Source of the DNA: Eledone cirrhosa
Taxonomy: Eukaryota
Direction: 5' to 3'
Length of the DNA stretch: 64,000 bases
Assembly: GCA_964016885.1 (NCBI GenBank)
Contig: OZ024741.1
Location: 352,470,001 to 352,534,000, forward strand
The notes under the pieces were generated by a model, which saw only the letters and a program-made list of their open reading frames with translations, ran no database searches and was not told the origin of the DNA. Numbering within the stretch: the stretch's first letter is position 1; the number at the start of each line of letters is the position of its first letter. Shown piece by piece: positions 52,404 through 64,000 of this stretch. The position numbers and the translations under genes are program-made.

Positions 52404-53695
52404 ATCCACATATATGTTCGTCTCTTTTCCACTATGTCTTTCTTTTCTCCTTAATATTTTTCTTTTTCTCTATTTCTCTTATCTCTAGGTCTTTCCCTTC
52501 TCATTCTGTCCACCAGCCTCATTTCTTCCCATTTAAATATTTTTTTATCTTTTTCATCCTGTCACTCTCTTTTTCCTACATCTCTTTTCATCATCCTGTC
52601 ACTCCATTTTCTTTCCTCCAACTGTCTTTCATCCCGTTTCTTTTATCGTTTTACTTCCTTTCCTTTTTCCTCTCTATCCTTCCACTTTGTTACCATTTTC
52701 CCGTTCTGTCTGTTGCTTTTTTGGGGTCTTTTTCCACCCCTCTCTTTCTCTTCTATTCACATATGCTTTCATTTCTTTTCCGCCACCCTCTCTCTCTTTT
52801 TTACGATCTTTTATTTCTCTTCATATCCTCTCTGTTTTTTCTTTTCCCCCTTAATCTTTCTTATTTTTGTTTCTTTATCTCTCTCCTCCTCCTCTCTATT
52901 TCTATCTAACCCCTCGTTTCCACACTCCGCTTCTTTTTTATATCTTCTCTTCTGTCTGTTTTCTATCTTTACTCTCCTCTCCACATACAGTCAGCAGGCA
53001 GACAGACAGATACATAGTCCTTCAAATCCGTGTTGTTTTTTGGTTAAATTAACACATAAACGCCAGCCAGTCAGCCGGTCTACCTCCCCTTCATATGTTA
53101 TCTACCTAACTACCTACAGCTTTATATCTTTCTCTCCCCCCGTCTCTTTACTACTCTCTATTTGTCTTTCTGTCTCTACATTAAAGAGAAAAAAGAAAAG
53201 AAAAGAAAAGAAAAAACTCCGCCTCTCACTCTCAACGAGCCTCCTTCTCTCACTACAACTTCGATTCGAACGCCTCCTGAAAAAGAAGCGAGGAGGAAAA
53301 AATGTCAAAATATCATGAAACGGCTGAGAATCAAACGGAAATAAACAGAAATAATAAAAGAACTTAACAAAGAAACAAAAAAAAAAGAGAGAAAGAGAAA
53401 AGAAGGCAGGAACGAAGGAGCACGCCACGAACAAAAAAGTAAATAAACAAAAAGAAAGAGAACAAGCTGAAAACTTTCGTAGTTCAACTTGGTCGTGAAT
53501 TGTGTGAACTTGGAGGTGGGACCTCCAGTTAAAAAAAAACCCTCTCATCATCATAAGTACATACATATACAGAAACGTAATATACAATCACACATACATA
53601 TATTGAAACGTAATATACAATCACACACACACTCACATATATATATAATAATAATAACACCAACAACAATAATATATACACATTGAGGCCCGAAA

Positions 53696-53815
53696 ATGGC
53701 GGATGAACAAAGTGACCCAGGGGAAGATACACATTGGGATCTTAAGTACAGGTCTGAGGAAGAAATGGAGTTTTTTACTGAGATGGCTTTGCATGAAACA
53801 CAACGTTGGATAGAG
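53696..53815 (+). CDS. Probable first coding exon of a calponin-homology domain protein, LIMCH1/LMO7-like
   Basis: Kozak-like aaaATGG; 40 codons MADEQ...EMALHETQRWIE; strong phase-0 donor GAG|gtgagt. The end resembles the first CH helix (A.xExQxWIE) of LIMCH1/LMO7 as recalled, not database-checked. Confidence 0.68.
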
Positions 53816-54983
53816 GTGAGTGACGCAGTGAAAGTTGTTTCCCCCCATCCCCATTTTTTAGCTTGTTTTATGCCGGCACTGTTTGTGTTGTTGGTTGATA
53901 TTGGGTGAACAAACCAAATTAAAATACCCTCTGTTATTTTGTTATGTAGTTTTTACGTGTGCGTTCAAAGTCCACCGAAGTCGACTCTACCTTTCATGTT
54001 TTCGGTTTCGATGAAAGAAAAACCTATGAAATATTGGATTTGATTTAATCAACAGTTGCCCTCCTTCACAAAACATGTGGTCTAGTACTTATACTGTCTG
54101 AAAAATTCAAGCAAAGAAAAAGTAAGACACAAAGTCTGCTATTCTCGAACGAATGATTTTTTTCATAGATTAAAAATTTTATTAAAAAAAAGCAATATAT
54201 AAAAACACTAATTAAAAAAAATAATAATTTTAAGCACGTGTCAGTAGCATTTTAGTTTGTAGAAATTTTCAACAAGATTGTAAATATAACGCTATTACTT
54301 CTTAAATACATTAAATACAAAGTATATATATTCTTCAGGACGTTCACTTAACTCCTTAAGTTTGGTATCAAAATCCTACTCAAAGAGGTGACAAAAATAA
54401 AGAGCCGCTACGTGTTCGCTTGTCATGCTAGACATACCAGCCAAATTTTCCTGAAATAACACTTTACAAACTTACCCCCCCCCCCCAATAAAAAAAACAA
54501 CAACGCATACATTAGACAACGTATGTAGTCCTACGTATACAATAAGTGGCGTGGGCATGATTGGAAAGCCTGTAGTCATAGGGCTGACCTGTGGCTAAAC
54601 AACGTCTCACACCTACAAATTCAGTTATATCAGTAGTCTTTAAACACGAAATTACACTTTGAAATGAAGAAATATTTAAGTAAAAAGTTACTATAAAAAA
54701 CACATCTTCCACAACTTCTCTACTTGAAATCTAGTTGTTGTTGTTCTTTAGTCCCAGGTCAAGCCTGACCAAGTACATCTATAATCTTTTTGTAAAACCT
54801 AGCATATTTATCCAGTGTCCATCATATTATTTCACATTTAGGAATTGCTTTCACGTCGTCACTTTCGGCATGGGTTTCCTATATGGACACACGGTTTCAA
54901 ATAAAAGGGAGCAGAAGGGATAGCAAGATTAAAAGATATTCATGCATTTCTTGTGCACATACATTATTTCATTCTCTCTGTCT

Positions 54984-55035
<52 letters not shown>

Positions 55036-55746
55036 CATGCTTACACTCACACACGTGTGTGTATACATATATGCTAAGTGTGGTTATACACACACATATA
55101 AGATTATATGCATGTATTTGTATATTTGAAGATTCGTGATTATTTGTTTACACACATACATGTTTGTGTTATGCACACCCCACTATATTTTGAATTTGTG
55201 GCTATAAAGAACTACTACTATCACTACCACCACAATCACAATCATCATCACTAATACTATAAACACCACCATCACTACTACTACTACTACTTTTGTGCTG
55301 GTCAGTCCTGATCTAAATCTCTTGGTATTTTATTGTTGTAGCTGTCGTAATAGCGAGTTAGTTTTTTAAAAGTCGGATGAAAGCTTTGTGAAGTAAATTA
55401 TTTAATGAAGAAATTAGCTAAGACTTATTAAATCATCATTGTTATTTGAAAATAACAAAGTCGGCGACCACCTGTTGATTTGTTTGCCCTGGTAGTAGTA
55501 GGAGTGGTGGTGTAGGTAGATGTAGGTCTGTTTAATATTTGTTCCTTCCCACAATTCTATATATTGGGCAACGCTACTAATTACTACGTTGCAACACTAG
55601 AACAACCAAACACTTGCCTGTAGAGGTGTATGTAAACAGTCATTCAAGACCAGATTAGACCATAGATAGCATTTTGCTTCTAAGAATAAGTGATTATATT
55701 TATGAATCGAGCGAGTCTATTTGGCCGCTTGTCGGTATGTCTATAA

Positions 55747-55785
<39 letters not shown>

Positions 55786-57094
55786 GTTATTTAACCAGGT
55801 CAGCACTGGTTGAGCAGACCTGAAATCAAAGGTAATCCAGCTATTGCCATGTAAGGTTATCTAATGTGTTATTTCCCAAGAGTGTAGGGTGTGACTTGAG
55901 GGAAATTTGGGTGCTATTTCTTGCAATTTTGTGTCACCATGTAGAGGTTCCTTGTGTTGTGATTTAGTTTGAGGGAGATTTCCCTGTTGTTTCTAGCAAG
56001 TCGAGCGATCACACGTTGGCCTCTCGTGTTGGTTCCTTGTGCACGGCCTGATCAAGTCCTTATGAGATCCGAAACACTGAAAAGATTATGGTGCCCCCCC
56101 CCCCCCCCCTATATAGTCTTTAAAGAATGAGGAAGTGGATGACATACATTCAATTTGAATAAAATGGTGCCCCTCTTTTCTTAATACCCAAAGCATGTGT
56201 TTATTTTGTTTATTGGTTAACCAAGCCATGTCCTTGTGTGTATATTCGTTTATTATAGTTATGGTAGTGGATTTTAAGAACGTTAGTGCTAGGCAAGTTT
56301 CCTGAAGAAGGACTATAGACACTATAAGCCCCCTCACCCCCTAGAAATTAATAAGTAATGGAACACCGACCCCGTGTGTATCCCCACCTCTATTTCCATC
56401 CCTGATTTGGTACCAGTTTTCAATATTCGCAAGAAAACAGAAAACAACAGTATGTGTATGTGCAGTGTAACGTGTGTGTGTGTATATATATATATATATA
56501 GTGTTTGTGTATATATATATATATATATAGCTTTTCTATCAAACATGTTTATTGAAAACACGACGGTGCTCCAGTTTCATTTTTTATTAACGATTTTCAT
56601 ATTTCTTTATTAGTTCTCTATGCTTAGTTTGGAGCAGTAGCATTCATAAATCTTATTTTTTACACACACACATGCACACGTCGTTTGTTTTATGCATACA
56701 CACATATAAAATTACACCTATATAAAAGTTTGTTTTATCTTACGCATAATTACATATACACAGTGTTGTGTTTTATGTACACACACACATATATAGAGGG
56801 GTGTGTTTTATGTACACATATATAGAAGGGTAGCTTTTATAAACACCCAATTTTTAATCACGCCCACAAAAAAAAAACAAATTCATACTCAATTACTAGA
56901 CCTAAACATTAAAATAGACCCCCGCCCACAAAAAAAAAGAGTGAATAAAGAAATTTCGAATGTCGCACTCTGAAGAAGCATTGCCGAAAGTTCCATGTTA
57001 CTGCCACATTTTTTTTCCTGGAAAATAGTGCGTGTTATACAACAAGTAGGCATGTAGATGTATCCATTCGCTGATATTTTCAATTCTTCACGAA

Positions 57095-57927
57095 CATATG
57101 AAATGGAAATCTGCTCAGAAAAGAGCAAGATTCTAGTTCATAGTTATAACCAGGATACAGCCAGGGCCGTCTTAATAGCATTATAGCCCCCCCCCCCCGT
57201 GCAAAGCAGAGCACTGGGGCCCCTACCTACACAACCACTCATAGGAATAAAAATACAAATGGGCCCCCTATCCTCGTGGGGCCCCCGGACAACTGCCCAG
57301 CGCCCATGCGTTAAGACGGCCCTGGATACAGCAACCAACATCATGCTGAACGGAGGGAGACTTGAAGAAGTGGACAACTTCGATCCACTCTGACTAATGA
57401 TGGTAGATCTCAAATGGAAATACTGACAAGACTCGCCCTGACCACTTCTACCATGGTAAAGCTGAATGTCATATGGAAACGCAACTCCATCAGTTTTCCA
57501 ACGACGCTCAAATTATGCAGGACCCTGGTGACTTCAATCTTTATGCGTGTGAGAGTTGGACCCTCACAGCTGATACGGAACGAAAAATCCAGTCATTTGA
57601 GCACACGTGCTTCAGAAGGTTGCTACATTTTCCTTACGCGGAGCACAAAACAAATAGCTTTGTCAGGCAGCAAGTTAACTCCCTGCGATAATGGAAAGAC
57701 GGAGGCATGCCTGGTATGGACAATATATCCCGCCCCAACTCCTTGTCCATGACCATCCTTCAGGGCACAGTCGAGAGAGGGCGAAGAAAAGGCAGACAAA
57801 GAAAATCCTGGTCCGACAATATTAAAGACTGGACTGGTCACAACACCGAGACCCTTCTACGCATAATGGAGAATAGACCAATGGTAACGATTGACTGCAC
57901 CAATTGCAGGAACAGGATGATGATGAA
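57095..57927 (+). mobile_element. RTE-clade LINE 3' portion, frameshifted
   Basis: MEICSEKSKIL..IMLNGGRLEEVDNF; LYACESWTLTADTERKIQSFE; ILQGTVERGRRKGRQRKSWSDNIKDWTG; (GAT)n tail. Confidence 0.9.
57162..57324. mobile_element. hAT-type MITE inserted in the RTE LINE
   Basis: Perfect 14-bp TIRs cagggccgtcttaa / ttaagacggccctg; exact 8-bp TSD gatacagc. Confidence 0.95.
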
Positions 57928-57989
57928 TCTGCGTGATAGTGTTGAACCTTCGTCGGCTTCTGCGATGAGTGTTCCAGTTAATTAACATG

Positions 57990-58210
57990 CAAGCGACTGA
58001 GCATATGCAAACACGTGCACCATAAACGAAGTTCTCAAGGAGATTCGGCGTAACTGTGCGGCAAGGCCGGCGTTTTGAATCAGAGGTACAACTCATATTT
58101 GTCAGCTGTGTTGACTGAAGCAGCGTGAATTAAAGTATCTTGCTCAAGGCCGCAGTGCACCACTGGGAATCAAACACGCGACCTTACAATCAGAAGCCTA
58201 ACTAACCGAC
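57990..58210 (-). mobile_element. CORE-like SINE, decayed
   Basis: aaagtatcttgctcaagg...gggaatcaaacac is the reverse complement of a CORE-like block plus B-box. Confidence 0.6.
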
Positions 58211-58585
58211 TTGCTTTCACATCTGCAAGATAAGTAAATGTATCTGTATAGTGTATAAACATTGCTTTTATGGTGGGGCTTGGCTTGTATGTCTGATTAA
58301 ACAGCTGGGAGCAAACCACGAGCCAAATACCGTCTGTCTTTTTCATATGGAAAGAAAGAAGGAATCAGCGTGCAAGTGGCTGAGCATTCCATAGACTCGT
58401 ATACCCTTAATTATACGCAATTCCCAGGGAGATTCAGTGTGACAAGGATGTCCTTTTGGATTATAAGTACAAGTCCATCCAATGGGCTTTCAGACAATTT
58501 CCGTCTACTAGGCGTGGGTTGATCTGAGGCTGTAATAAATGACTCTTGCCCAAGATACCACGCAATGAGATCGAATCTGAGACAT

Positions 58586-58770
58586 AATTGTTTCTACTAT
58601 TGGCACAAGGCCAGAAATTACCCAGTACATTACTGGTTCTTTATTTTATCGACCCCGTAAGGATGAAAGGCAAAGTTAACCTCGGCGGGATTTGAACTCA
58701 GAATGGCAAGGGCCGTAACTCTATGCGTCAAAGCATGGCGTCCGAACCTCTACCGATACTGCCAATCCAC
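58586..58770 (-). mobile_element. Dominant-family SINE nested in an older SINE
   Basis: Flanked by cataat on both sides; the host SINE continues on either side (58365-58582 and 58777-58812). Confidence 0.85.
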
Positions 58771-59279
58771 CATAATGATTGCGAAGCGAACTTCGTAACC
58801 ATTCCGCCATGCTGCATCCACTTTATATAAGATACAGTGTGTCAGTTTGGATCAAACTTCAACATCGGATCAACGTTTTATCCAGTACCATCTTGTATGT
58901 TTTTGTTATTGCTCTGATCAAGCGGACTTAATGTTCAAATGCAGTTCAGTCCTGACCTTTCCAGCACTATCTGTATATCGACTAATAAATTATCTAATCT
59001 ATCTTTCCTTATTTAAGTGAGTGGATATGCTTTTTAGGAAAATTTCGTTACTATTTTTAACAGTGGCTCCTTCTTTTTATACGGCAGGCTGTCCTCAGAT
59101 GTAGAAGTTTAAATAGTGGTCTTGCATTTCAAAGACGCTAGAGAGTTTGTTACAGTCGAAGCTTCGCCGTGGTCATTGTTGTGCTTTAGCTCCGAGTCAG
59201 CTCTGATCGAAGAGTTCCAGCCCCCTGATCATCCGGTTTTTTTCTGTATGCAGGGAAATCAAGACTACAGTATCTAACG

Positions 59280-59326
<47 letters not shown>

Positions 59327-60616
59327 CATCCTAGTGTCTGAAGAAGGGTCACTATTTTGATGTGTGTATGTATATAAATTCGTATTTTCTGGCATGTTTA
59401 GATATGTATATATATTTACACACGTTAGTGCTGTCTCGGTTACACACTCTGTATAAGACCCCTTCGGTCACAAATGACCATGGAATTTGCACCTAGAAAG
59501 TTCCTCCCTCGAGACACAAGTCCGGGCAAGGTTGTATGTGGAAAATCACCAGTCGTCCATGCATACCAGTCACTCCTCACCACGTGATACAACTGGCACC
59601 AGTGACGTCACAACTCATTTCTGCAGATGAGTAAACTGAAGCAACATACACACACACGTCTAGCAGCTTATAAAATGATGTTTGTTTGTAATTGTATTTG
59701 TATCAACAGAGGTCACCAATATAGCAGACATTTAAGTCACTAGTTTAACTGTTAAATAATATTATGCCATGTAGTAATAATATCAACGACAATAATAATA
59801 ATTGTTTCTACTTTTGGCACAAGGCCAATAATAATAATGATGTATTTTGTTGTAACAGGAAAGGTATGGTTTGTTATATCAATAAATGTAAGTTGAATTG
59901 AGGTTCGGCTGTAAGTCTCAGGTTCTGTTGCTGTAATGATAATAACTCTGGAAAGAATCTTTCCATATCACATTTTAAGGCTATGGCTGTGGTAATAGCA
60001 TCACAAGACTTTACAACGTTTTTACATAATTTATTTACAAATCGATTATAAAGTTTGAGCTGACATGCCAAAACAAATGAACAAACAAATTAAGAGTTCA
60101 GAAGGCACGGTCCACTGACCGGGGTGTTGGCCAGGGCCGCAGTTATGCTGTGGTGTTACATATTAGCTAGTGGTTTACCTTTCCACAGTTGAAGCAACAA
60201 GAGATCGAGTTTATTGAAAGTAGCGGGAAAATCTCCGTTTGGGTGGAAGTTGAAAATACAATCCGTGCGCAGCTCACGATTGGCCTGACTTAGCCAAATC
60301 ACGCACGGACAGCTTATCAATGCGCAAAAGGAAAGTAGCTTGCTACACACGATAAGATGGTGATGTGATTTGAGGGAGATTTGGCTACCATTTTTAGCAA
60401 ATTTAGTTTCCTTGTAGCTGCTTACTCGTTGGATCGAAGCTCTCTGGCTGGTTCATGTGGTCCGGCTCAATATTTTGATGACTGGAGAAAGTATGTTTGT
60501 AAAATTTAGTTGATTAAAAAAAAGCAAAAAAAACAACAAAATCCCAAAATAGAACCCGTGAACCAATCAAGATAGATTCGTGTGTCATGATGAACTTAAT
60601 CTTCATTTTACTATTT

Positions 60617-60939
60617 TAAATGTGTACGTCCCAATGCAATGGTCATAATAATAGTCTATCACTATAAATATTAGTAAAGGCGGATAAAGTAGCGCCCGGT
60701 CCATTTTTTTTCCCTTCTCTAGAGGTACATTACCCGATTTTCTCTACTAATATTTATAGTGCTAGATTATTGAGCGTCAGAGATCATGCTTTGCATCATA
60801 GAGATATGGTCCTTTACATTCTGAGTTCAAATCCCGTCGAGGTTAACTTTGCCTTTCATCCTTACGGTTAATTGCTAGCTTTGCCCCAAAAGTAGAAAAA
60901 ATTATTAAGGTCATTGCGTTGGGATGCACACATTTCAAA
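60617..60939. mobile_element. MITE-like inverted repeat interrupted by a SINE fragment
   Basis: aaatgtgtacgtcccaatgcaatg..cactataaatattagta mirrored by tactaatatttatagtg..[SINE 60772-60905]..cattgcgttgggatgcacacattt. Confidence 0.7.
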
Positions 60940-61034
60940 TTTTTCCAACGTTTCTTAAGTCAACCGTTATTTTATTTTAAAAATTATATTAATTGTATTT
61001 TTTTGTTGTTTCCAACACATTCTATCCCCGATTG

Positions 61035-61412
61035 GGGTGGTGGATTGGCAGTATCGGCAGAGAGTCGGACGCCATGCTTTGATGCATAGTTACGGCCCTT
61101 GCCATTCTGAGTTCAAATCCCGCCGAGGTTAACTTTGCCTTTCATCCTTACGGGCTCGATAAAATAAAGTACCAGTAATGCACTGAGATAATTGCTGGCC
61201 TTGTGCCAAAAGTAGAAACAATTATTATCACCGATTGGCGGTGAATTGGCAGGATCGAACGCCATGCTTTACAACATAGTTACGTCCCTTTACGTTCTGA
61301 GTTCAAATCCCGCCACGGTTAACTTTGCCTTTCATCCTTACGGGCTCGATAAAATAAAGTACCAGTAACGTACTGGGATAATTACTGGCCTTGTGCTAAA
61401 AGTAGAAACAAT
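61035..61412 (+). mobile_element. Head-to-tail SINE dimer
   Basis: Two near full-length copies bounded and separated by tatc(a/c)ccgattg. Confidence 0.9.
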
Positions 61413-62689
61413 TATCACCGATTGAAGAGGGTGTCAACCATGGTATTCACCAAGAGACCCATCACTATTAACACTCAATCTCTAAAAAGGGAGTAATTTA
61501 AGAAAACAATTCTGTATAATAAATATGTTGTTGTTACTATGGTTTGTTTCTGACAGTTATTTAATACAACGCATCACAGTAAACAGACTTCTGCGGTTAG
61601 TTCGGCGATCCTTGATACTACTCATAAAAAAAAGGTCTAATTTCAGAAAACATAATACATACGTTTTGTTTGTTTGTTTGTAACTGGGAGTTATTTAATA
61701 CATATGAAACTTTATGATACTGTAATATTTTTGTACGCATAGAACCTGAGGGTCCGATGTTACTTAACCACGTCAGTGCAAACCATGATTATTTTCCTCC
61801 TTCCTTTCTCCATTTCTCTTTCTCGTTCCCCGATCTTTGCGGCTGATTTTGTTGTTGCTGTCTATTGTAATTATATCTTAATGTAAATATTTCGCTTAGA
61901 CCCAGAGCAGTGTATATTTTCTTAAAGAACAAACAGCTTATTATTTTTACTCGCCTCTTGGGGCTATGTTGAGTGGGTTCGGATTAAGGGAAGGGCTATT
62001 ATATGTCGTGGATTAGATTAAATGATTGTAAATCACTGGTATTTCAAGTATTCTTTTTTGTCTTGGCTGGGGCTTTTATGACCCTTGTTATTGTTTTTAT
62101 TTTCAAGGGTCTATCCCTATTTTTATTGTATTTAAATCTCATTTGAAAGTATTCTTGAATACGGGGCAGGCACGCACAAGCATATTGTTTACGCACATAT
62201 ATCCCAGACCATTCACATATATTCACGTCCACAGACACACCTATATATGCACAAACATCTATAATTCAAAACAATCAAGCCACACACGAACGCTAGAATC
62301 TGACAAAATTGTTTTCAAATTTATATTTAGAACTTATGAAATACAACTTCAAATAAGACAAAAAAGAAAAAGAAAAATATATATATGTGGTGTGCGGCAA
62401 ATGTTTGACCTGTCCTAAAATGGTTTTATTCACGCCAGAAGTTAGCGTTCGCTGCAAACGGTATCCCCCCTCCCCTCCTTGGATTGGATTGGGTGGGTTG
62501 TCATGATCTGACATCAGACATGTTGAAGCGACTTCGTCTTGTTCATTTGGCATGGTTTCTCCGGCTGAATGCCCCTCCTAACGTCATTCACCTTACAAAA
62601 TGTACTAGGGCCGTTTTTCGTTGCACCAGCACGTATTGTGTGTAGTTTACCTTTACTTTCCTAGTGCTTGTACTGGTGGAGGGGCTTTT

Positions 62690-63250
62690 GTATTATGGCA
62701 TATCACGAGTTAGCTCAGTCCTTTGTCATTTACTTGTTGAGGTTCAGTTTCTTAATGTCATTCCTCACATCTTTATCCTATGTTTTCCTTCGTCTCCCTC
62801 TTTCACAGCACTTTTTTTTATGCAGTTCTTATTCTCCTTATGAATCACATGTCCATACCAATGCAATCATCTCATTTGCACACTGCATTCAATTCCTTTT
62901 ATACTTAGATTTTCTCTCAGTTCACTTGTCCTCTGGCATTCATGCACACTAATATTCCACATCCAGTGAAGCATGCATGCCTCATTTCTTTTTAGTCACC
63001 ACAAATCTTCTGCACCCTTATAGTTTCAACACATGCATCATATAATCTGCCCTACACTCTGATTGAGAAGCATTTTATTATCAGCAGAGGTAACAAGCTC
63101 CCTGAATTTTTTCCACCCCATTCTCACTTAAGCTACATTTTCAGTACATCCATCTCCACTGCTAATGAGGTGACCTAGATAGCAAAAGTTTTCTTCTACT
63201 TCCATTGAACCATCTGTCCATAGGCTACGGTGCATACATTGAGTGAAATT
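62690..63250 (-). mobile_element. Decayed RTE LINE fragment
   Basis: MEVEENFCYLGHLISSGDGC..VRMGWKKFREL and, further 3', ERGRRRKT*DKDVRND. Confidence 0.75.
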
Positions 63251-63429
63251 CTTACCTACTATATATTGAGCATGGGCATTTCCTAATAGTAGCAGTCTTT
63301 TCGTATATGTAAGTTGCGGACTTAGAATTGGTGTGGCCAACAGTGTTCAGGAAAAAAGGCATACAATCTTTGTCTTTTAAGATTTATTAAAAAGTCAAAA
63401 TACTCAAAATTACTGGACCGTTATACTAC

Positions 63430-64000
63430 ATAAATATTCAGTATAACCTCTTCAAGGTGACTTCGGAATTGGGACCAGGTGTATTTTATAAGGCCTGACA
63501 GATGCGTTGCTTCAGCTCGTCCTTTGTGTTGATGGCTGTCTTGTTGGTGACTCCCTCAACTGTGCACCAGAAAAAAATACTTCAAGGGATTGCAATTTGA
63601 AGAGTTAGGAGGCCACATGTCCAGGCTGTCATGGTTATAAAAGTTGTGTAAGAGTCTTCCTGAGTGTGTGGGTGCAGAACCTTACTGGAACACATAAGGT
63701 TTTCCTTCTGCCACCTCTTCAATCCGGTGCTTCACCACAGTCTACAGAATCCCCTGGTACAAATCCTGGTTCAGCTTCAGGCCCACATTAAAGATGTGAG
63801 GCGGCATGACATGTCCCTCACTGCTGATCACACCCACAAAAAAAAAAAAAAATGATGTGGACAGGAAACTTCATTTTCATGACCCTGAGAACATCATGAG
63901 GGCTAACTGCTAACCACCAATTATTCTGCTTATTGTGTGCCTTGTTTTGGCAAAAGTTTTTTCACCTGAGAAAAACTACGTTTCATTCCAGGAGATGCTT
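63430..64000 (-). mobile_element. Tc1/mariner-superfamily (maT/DD37D-like) transposase remnant running off the window
   Basis: FFSGEK, VISSEGHVMPPHIF, PYVFQ*GSAPTH, MWPPNSSNCNPLKYFFW (WPPNSPDxNPLDY pattern). Confidence 0.8.

Noticed and set aside
51163-53318. F/S/L/P-rich ORFs that resemble membrane proteins
   Set aside because: Low-complexity polypyrimidine tract open in several frames.
56965-57000. CTGAAGA-agcattgcc-GAAA
   Set aside because: No stem I pairing or valid NUH arrangement; likely chance.
59330-59465. CTGAAGAagggtc beside (TA)n with a short inverted gacccctt downstream
   Set aside because: Too fragmentary to assemble into a hammerhead.
59850-59870. Possible 5-nt micro-exon (aacag GAAAG gtatgg)
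   Set aside because: It would shift the frame after a phase-0 donor and has no other support.

Overview
AT-rich, microsatellite-dense animal genomic DNA. The SINE and microsatellite landscape suggests an octopus or other cephalopod, but that is inference. Almost all listed ORFs are microsatellite or satellite artefacts. Supported content: (1) one likely host coding exon (53696-53815), the start of a calponin-homology protein resembling LIMCH1/LMO7; (2) an internally deleted Helitron with STPR-like repeats, a Zn finger and a frameshifted PIF1 helicase but no Rep domain, plus several non-autonomous Helitron-like elements; (3) remnants of mariner, Tigger/pogo, maT-like, RTE, CR1-like, CRE-like and Penelope (GIY-YIG) elements; (4) many tRNA-derived SINEs and MITEs; (5) an ~8.5 kb CT-rich minisatellite with a G-quadruplex motif in each 35-bp unit. 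The main signal is at least five sequence-unrelated short repeat families that each carry a minimal type I hammerhead ribozyme (CUGANGA...GAAA with a tiny, often palindromic stem III). Most sit in or near (TA)n tracts and are folded back into palindromes on the 5' side of the ribozyme. This fits a diverse set of non-autonomous Penelope-like or retrozyme-type elements. All motifs were read by eye; no database search was run.
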